A stretch of 64,000 bases of DNA, from the NCBI RefSeq assembly GCF_009914755.1, contig NC_060929.1. One strand, 5' to 3'. Position numbers and translations under genes: made by a program. Below are positions 56,786 to 64,000 of this stretch, one piece after another. The DNA is from the human T2T-CHM13v2.0 reference genome, Homo sapiens. Positions within the stretch are counted from its first letter, which is position 1. Every line of letters begins with the position of its first letter. A model generated the notes under the pieces. The model did not search any database. It worked only from the letters and a program-made list of their open reading frames with translations, and was not told the origin of the DNA.

Positions 56786-59669
56786 ACTGTGGCTCACTTC
56801 TTAATTGTTGGGCCATTTTCCCCAAGTACCCTGTTTCTTTATCAGAAAAGTGATGAAAATATAGAATTATGATGACTGTTCTAATACCGGCTGAAGATGG
56901 AAGAACAAATTGGGAACGATTGATCAAGACCACACTTCAGATCTGTGAGACTGTGCATAAAGTCTGCCTGAAAGCTGGTTGCATTCTGTTGCTTTTAAAT
57001 GTCTGGAAATAAAAATGGTCTGGTATCTTTAAAAAGTTTAGAAAAAGTCCAGTGGCTTAGAAAAATGCCAGAAGCCATTCTGTCAGAATTCTCTAGAGGA
57101 GGTAGTAAAACCAGCCTGCAGTTTTTTATTAAAGGAACTCACCATATGATATATACAGATGTGATGGTGAGGAATGTCACCTCCACAGAGACAGGAGAAG
57201 ACAGTCACAAGGAGCAGCTCTAATCCCTTAGGATCTGCATGAAGCCCAGGGTTTTTGAGAGGTGGAAGTTAAAGGGTTAAGTATTTCTGTTTAATGTAGA
57301 CCAAGGTTAACCAAGATGAAATTAAACATTGCTTGACAGCAGTTGAAGATTGGCAAGACTATGGCAACTACACTTCTCTACATTTTACTCTCAATTATGC
57401 CATTTTGTTTCTAATTAATCACTAGCATTTTAACAAAATGATGTAATTGATAGCTAGCAACCAGACTGTCAGTCTTCTCCCCACATCAGAAGGTATCTAT
57501 CCATCTATTCAGCTATTGCCAGACACACCTTGTGCCTCATGGCAGCTACCTAGATTGCCGGCCAGAGGGCCTGCTCTCCACACTAGACCTGTGAAGTACT
57601 AGAAGGTTCCTAAGAGGATTCCAGTAATGACCCTTCTAAGGCTGTCAGTGGAAGGAGGATTGTCCTGATGTGCTTCTAAATCCCAATGGTTGCCGGGCCT
57701 TACTCCTGACTTTTAGAAGGCTACCCCAGCTGTGCCTGCAGCAGCAAAGGGATTTTCCATGTGTGGATTCAGAGAAGTGCCTTGCGTTCACAGGGAAACT
57801 GTTTTTATTCTTGTGTAACATTTGAGGCCATCCCTCTGTAGGTTGCTGACAGCCTCCTGTTTTCCATTTTTCCTCTCTGCAGCTTTCTCCAGGGTAAAAT
57901 AAATTGGGCTTCAATTTTTGTACATAATTTTTTTAATGAGGATACTAAGACTTAAAAATAGTAGCAGGAAACATAAGCCTTTATTCACTTTACAAAGCAT
58001 AAATAGTAACAGTATACTTCATATGTACAGTGTGACCAGTTAAAATGGAAAGATCCTGCGTATGGGAACAGGGGTGGCACTAGTGAGTGTGCCTGGTAAA
58101 AAAAAAACAGGGCAAAAAGGCAGAAAATGGAGAGAAGCAGGGGACAGACTGAATGATTAGCTCACAGAGAAAAAGGAAGAGAGAAGAGCCTCTTTATGCT
58201 TCTTCTGACATGTCCTCTAGTACTAAAGTGGTCATGGGTTAGCTTTATCCACAGTCTCCCTGTGTGGCTATCAAGCATAATCAGTATTGTTTTTCAAGAA
58301 TAGAACCAAGAAAGGAAAACAAATGTCCCTCTCGCTTTGTACCCCTACTGAAATATTGAAGAACTAATTTGCTGGAGACAAAATGCTGGTGTAGAAAGTG
58401 ACAGGCCTGATTACATACTGCTGTCACAAAAATTGATTTCCATACTTTATAGTTGTACCTTATTATCAGGTGCATATATTGCATGTCTGCATTTAACATT
58501 TGTGCACAAAATAAACTTCTTTGATTGCATTTGACTTGGCACCTTGATTATCTTTCTTGTTGCATACCGGAATTGGTTGTGCCTCTGATTTTCTACTTCT
58601 GTCTTTAGTGCACTTGTAATATGCCAGTGTCTGGAAACCATTATGACAGGTCCTACCAAGGATGCCAGCTGGACTTGAAGGAGACACTTGTTTTCTCTCC
58701 TAAAGTCTATTCTGTGAACCACATGACCTGAAGATCTGCTTTGTTTAGGACTGGGAGCCTGCTCTTTCCACTTAAGCACTCTCAACTGGTTTCACAAGGC
58801 TGAGTACGCATCAGATTTTCACTTCACTTGACCTGTGACATAATATCCTCAACTGAGGACTCCTTCCTTTTTTCTGATGTAATAGTAATTTTTAAAATGC
58901 TTTCCTGGAAACTGATTGAAATGGGCATTGTTGCCACTTCATAGAAATACACTGAATGTTGACTCTAAGGCTTACATATGCTTTGGAGACAGTGTTATAA
59001 GGTTTCACCAAAATAGAAGGAAGATGGAAAAAGAAAAATGATCAGTGGATCATACAGAGGCCACCAAGGAGAGTATTTGAGAGATCAGGGCAACTAGAAT
59101 AACAGAGATGACAGTTTAGGGCAGAATACATTTTTGTAAGAGAATAGGAAATGTTTTGTCTTTAATGAATTAAGATCAATGCGAACTTTTATTCCAATGC
59201 TGATCTTGCAGCAGGTTAAATAACATATCCTGATGTTGCAGGGCACTTTCTCAGAATGCAGTTAAGTAAATAAAGCCTTGTTTCTTGGATCATATCGAAG
59301 TAAATAAATGTTTTTATTCTTTAGTACTAAGAGCTTTATGTTGAATACCATGTTTCTGATATGCCGTTATAGAATCTGATAAGTACTTTTTCACAGAGAA
59401 TGAAGTTGATTTTTCTCTACTGAAAAATGAAATTACAGGAACCCATCCTCCTGTTTCCTTCCCCTACCCATCAAAATAGGAGGATTTGAAAACATGGTAA
59501 TTATCTCATGTGATTTGGTTTATTAAGGTTAAAGACGTCTTATCAGGTTATTGCTAAAGGTTTCCAAGACCCCTTGCCCAACTGATGTCGGAGGACCTGG
59601 TATTTGGTGCTATGTGGAGTAACTATACAGCTAATTTCCTAATGGAGGTTATTGTTATTAATTCAATTT

Positions 59670-60355
59670 ATTTTTATAGCAAGTTTATTGAGAAATAATT
59701 TACCACCATACAGTTCACCCCTTTAAAGCATACAACTTTTAGTATACTCTTAGAAGTTGTGCAACCATCACCATAATCAATTTTAGAACATTCTTACCAT
59801 TCCCAAGAGAAAGCCTCTACATTAGCAGTCACTACCCATTTTCTCTCATTAGCAGCCCCAGCCCCAGAAAAACACAAACCTACTTTCTATCTCTATAATT
59901 TGCCTATTCTGGACATTTCATATGAAATGAACTCATGCAGTACGTGCGTCTTTTGTGTCTGGCTTCTTTCATTTAGCGTAGTGTTTTAAAGGTTCATCCA
60001 TGTTGTAGCAGGTATCAGTAATTCATCCTTCTTATTTCTGAATTATTTTCCATTTAATGGACATACCTCATTTTATTTATCCACATTTGGGATATTTTCA
60101 AGTTTCAACTATTATGAATAATGTTAATATGAACAATCATGTACAACTTATGTGGACAGATGTTTTCATTTCTTTCAGGTATGTACCTAGGGGTGAAATT
60201 GCTGGGTCATATGGTAACTCTGTGTTTAGCTGTTTGAGGAACTGCCTGTTTTGCAAAACAGTTGTACCATTTTATATTCCCATCAACAATATATGAGAGT
60301 TCCAGTATCTTCACATTTTTGCCAACACTTGTTATTATCTGCCTTTTTTATAATA
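59670..60355 (-). mobile_element. L1MB-like 3' end
   Basis: GTTTATTGAGAAATAATTTAC...GCCTATTCTGGACATTTCATATG...GCCAACACTTGTTATTATCTG. Confidence 0.85.
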
Positions 60356-60420
60356 GTGGGGACAATTTTCAGAATGAAAGTGAGCCCTTATTAATTATCC
60401 CAGGCATGGCATGAACCAGT

Positions 60421-60455
60421 AATCAAATATCCTGAGCTAGTCAGGATATTTGATT
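60421..60455. repeat. Inverted repeat with 15-bp perfect arms and 5-nt spacer
   Basis: AATCAAATATCCTGA-GCTAG-TCAGGATATTTGATT. Confidence 0.95.
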
Positions 60456-62007
60456 CTTCTAGAACTTTTGGGAATGAGGCCTACTCAGTAGCAAAAAGTA
60501 GGGGGTGATTTGGGGGCAGTGGAGCTAAGTGCCAGTAAGTAGTGGTTGTTGGATATAGTCAACAAAGAGGACATATCCAATTTTATTATAATATCCTGTG
60601 GGTAGATATTACTGTTTCAAAGGATCAAGCACATATTTATCTGGAAAGGAATCAAGTCTTTAAAATCATTTTTACAGGAGCAATTATGTTATTATTCTTA
60701 ATAGTAAGATGCAATAGGAGATCAGCTTTGTTCAATAGGTAAAATAACTACCCAGGTGAACCATAGCCATTTTGTCCAAAATTGATTCCCAGAGGCAAAT
60801 TTGTAGCAGGTAATTTAACTACTCTTACTTTATTCCCAGGGACATTCTTTTTACATTGAAGTGCATCTCTTTCCTAGGCCTCAACTGAGCTGCTTGTGCA
60901 GGGTACTAGATGTTCAGGTTTTACAAATATTTGCCATCTTATTCTGTCTTTTTACACTGTTATTGACACACTGATGGTGTCCTTGTAAGATGTTTTGAGT
61001 GGGAGTCTCTAGCCCTCCACCCTAGCACTGTGGCAGGTAACTCATCTGGCTAGCAGTAGCTCATGGTACTCTTATGGGATGGTTGGGGCGATGCTATACT
61101 GTAAATATCAGCTAACCCAGAAACCAAGACATCACAGACAATCAGTGGTGGTGTTGGCACAATAAATACCTGCTGGACTTTAATACTCATAAAATGTATC
61201 CTTTCTAGATCTGGTGTGTTGGCTTTTCTTTATTGATGGAAATTATACATCAAAATGTTTCCCTTTCTTATTTGCTGTCAGAAAGCTTAGAGCTGATTTT
61301 TTATTGTTCAGCCACAATCGCTAGTTCATCAGTGTCTTTAGTATAACAATTTCTGTGCTCTTTCCAATGTTTGTTTAAATTGTTTTTTTTAACTGTCCTA
61401 ATCTTATGAGTTTTCTTTAACATTGTTAGCCACCTTTGAATTATTTTTAAAGGTTGGAGTATAAATAATTTTTAAAACTCCCATCCATAAAAGATAACTA
61501 TCTTTTCTCTCCAGAACTATAAGTCTCTTGGAAATTTGATTTGATTTAGGTAATTGGCCCTACTACATAGTACCTTCCCTCTCTGGGCTCTTGACCATCT
61601 GGGGTTATCCTATGTTTGTCATGCTAGGGAAGCGTAAGAATGTTCTTTGGGTATTCTTTCAGAATTAAATAAGAAAAGGCAAAATGTTTGATAAACAGAC
61701 ATTTATTTCAATATTAAATATCCTTCATATAAAATGGGCTGAAGTCTAAATTGCACGTTCTTCAAGTTGTCCTTGATCAAGATGTGTAGATGCAGAATAG
61801 TTCCTTCATTTCCACATCTTTTCTAGTGAGCAGGTGAGAGTACTTTCTCTGAAACTGAAGAGAGAAGTGTCCTGATCCTAAAACCTTTCAGAGAGCTGCC
61901 TGACTGCGCTGCTCAGGAAAAAAGGGGTGCTCACCCTAGCATGATAGGGATGGCCAAGTGCCTTGGGGCACCCAGCTGTTCAGCGGCATTGTGGTGAAAG
62001 GGAAGTA

Positions 62008-62676
62008 CAGTCGATCCTCATTTTTTGCACATTCTGTATTTGAGAATTTACCTACTTGCTAATGTTTGTTTATGTCTAATCCCAACATCAATACTTGCAG
62101 GACTTTTGTGGTCATTTGTGGATATGTGAAAGTGGTAAAAAAAATTTGAATCCTCCTATGTGAATGTTCCCAGCTGAGATCGAACAAGGGGATGTTCTGC
62201 CTTCCTATTTTAGCTCTAATACTATAAATGTGTCCTTTTCTCACACATGGCTCAGAAATGTGCCAAGTTTTTCACATTTTTTGTGCTCTTCATTGGTGAT
62301 TTCATGGCTTAAAATGGCCCCCCAGCCATAGTGCTGAAGCGCTGTCTATTCCTAGGGGAAAGAAGGCTGTGATGTGCCTTTTGAAGAAAGCACATGTGTT
62401 AGACGAGCTTCATTCAGGCATGAGTCATGGTGCTGTTGTCCATGAGTCCCATGGTGGTTAATCAGCACTATATATATTTAATGTGGCATCTTTAAACAGA
62501 AACCAACATAGAGCACAGTTAAGTATTGATCAGTTGAAGAGAATACCTCCTGTGACCAGAGGCTCACAGGAATCTAACCCTGTATTTCTCCTAGGAGCAA
62601 TGATTCAATATTTATGAATTCAGTGTTTGGGGTGACTTGATAAAACATAACTACCTTGCATAAAGAGAATCAACTG
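62008..62676 (+). mobile_element. MER82 (TcMar-Tigger non-autonomous element)
   Basis: TA|CAGTCGATCCTCATT...AAAGAGAATCAACTG|TA terminal inverted repeats with TA TSD; internal GTTCCCAGCTGAGATCGAACAAGG. Confidence 0.85.
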
Positions 62677-63062
62677 TATGTCTTTTTCTGCTCTTATAAT
62701 TCTTCATGTTGGTGGGCCCCTGCCTTCAGCCCCAAAGAATGCAGCATGGGGCTTATTATTTCTTGAATCTGTTTTTTTTTTTCTGGAGAATTTCATTCAA
62801 CAAATTATGAATATTATTAGGTGTTGAACTGAGCTTTTGAAAACTTGTCAGATTCATCTTCAAGATTTTTGTTCCAAACATCCAAATTTATATACTCATT
62901 GTGAGTTTTTGGATGTTAACAATAGAATTTGATTCATTCTATATCCTTTGAGCCCACATGATGCATTTCCCTGTGTTAAGGCTTATTTGTTGCTCAGTTG
63001 AGTGACTCATTCACCACTTCTTACTTCCTGGAGGTTTAGTACCACTCTTAAAAATAGCAAGA

Positions 63063-63673
<611 letters not shown>

Positions 63674-64000
63674 TCAACTTTCATAAGGTTATGGTATGCG
63701 AAGTGATTACAAGAGATTGCTTACAAGAGCAGTTAGAATAAAGAGTTCAGGTGAGGGCAGTGTCTTTAGTGAGCCAATAAGTTGTCTATAAGTTGATTGG
63801 GAAATTGTTTAGTCTGAGATTACAATAAGATGTTTTCTGAAGCACATACCAATGAACAGATTCCTTGAAGAGATTTCCTTACAGAACAGTTTGCATTTTC
63901 ATGTTGAAAATTAGCTTAGTGATTATCTTCATTTAACAGGTTAAAAAAAAAAAAGAAAACCAAACCTGATGAAAGGGTGACTTGGTATCAGGAATGGGGA

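Overview
Primate (almost certainly human) genomic DNA covering the 5' end of PDE8B, the cAMP-specific phosphodiesterase 8B gene. It holds about 6 kb of upstream sequence, a CpG-island promoter (~6130-7290) and coding exon 1 (6855-7193, [13 protein letters not shown]...CYTSVK, 113 codons, phase-0 GT donor). The rest is about 57 kb of intron 1 with no recognisable further coding exon. The intron is a typical mosaic of Alu, L1, L2, MIR, MaLR/ERVL LTRs and DNA-transposon relics; repeat family calls come from recalled consensus sequences, not from a search. No RNA gene, CRISPR array or new multi-gene system is supported. The most unusual signals are local templated duplications: a perfect 66-bp inverted copy of an old L1 segment 1.8 kb from its source, a ~170-bp direct copy inserted into an L1, and smaller tandem or palindromic events. 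Other candidates are an intronic full CRE inside a 14-bp palindrome next to AP-1 and SF-1-like motifs, and uORFs, a splice acceptor and an in-frame extension in the 5' leader.
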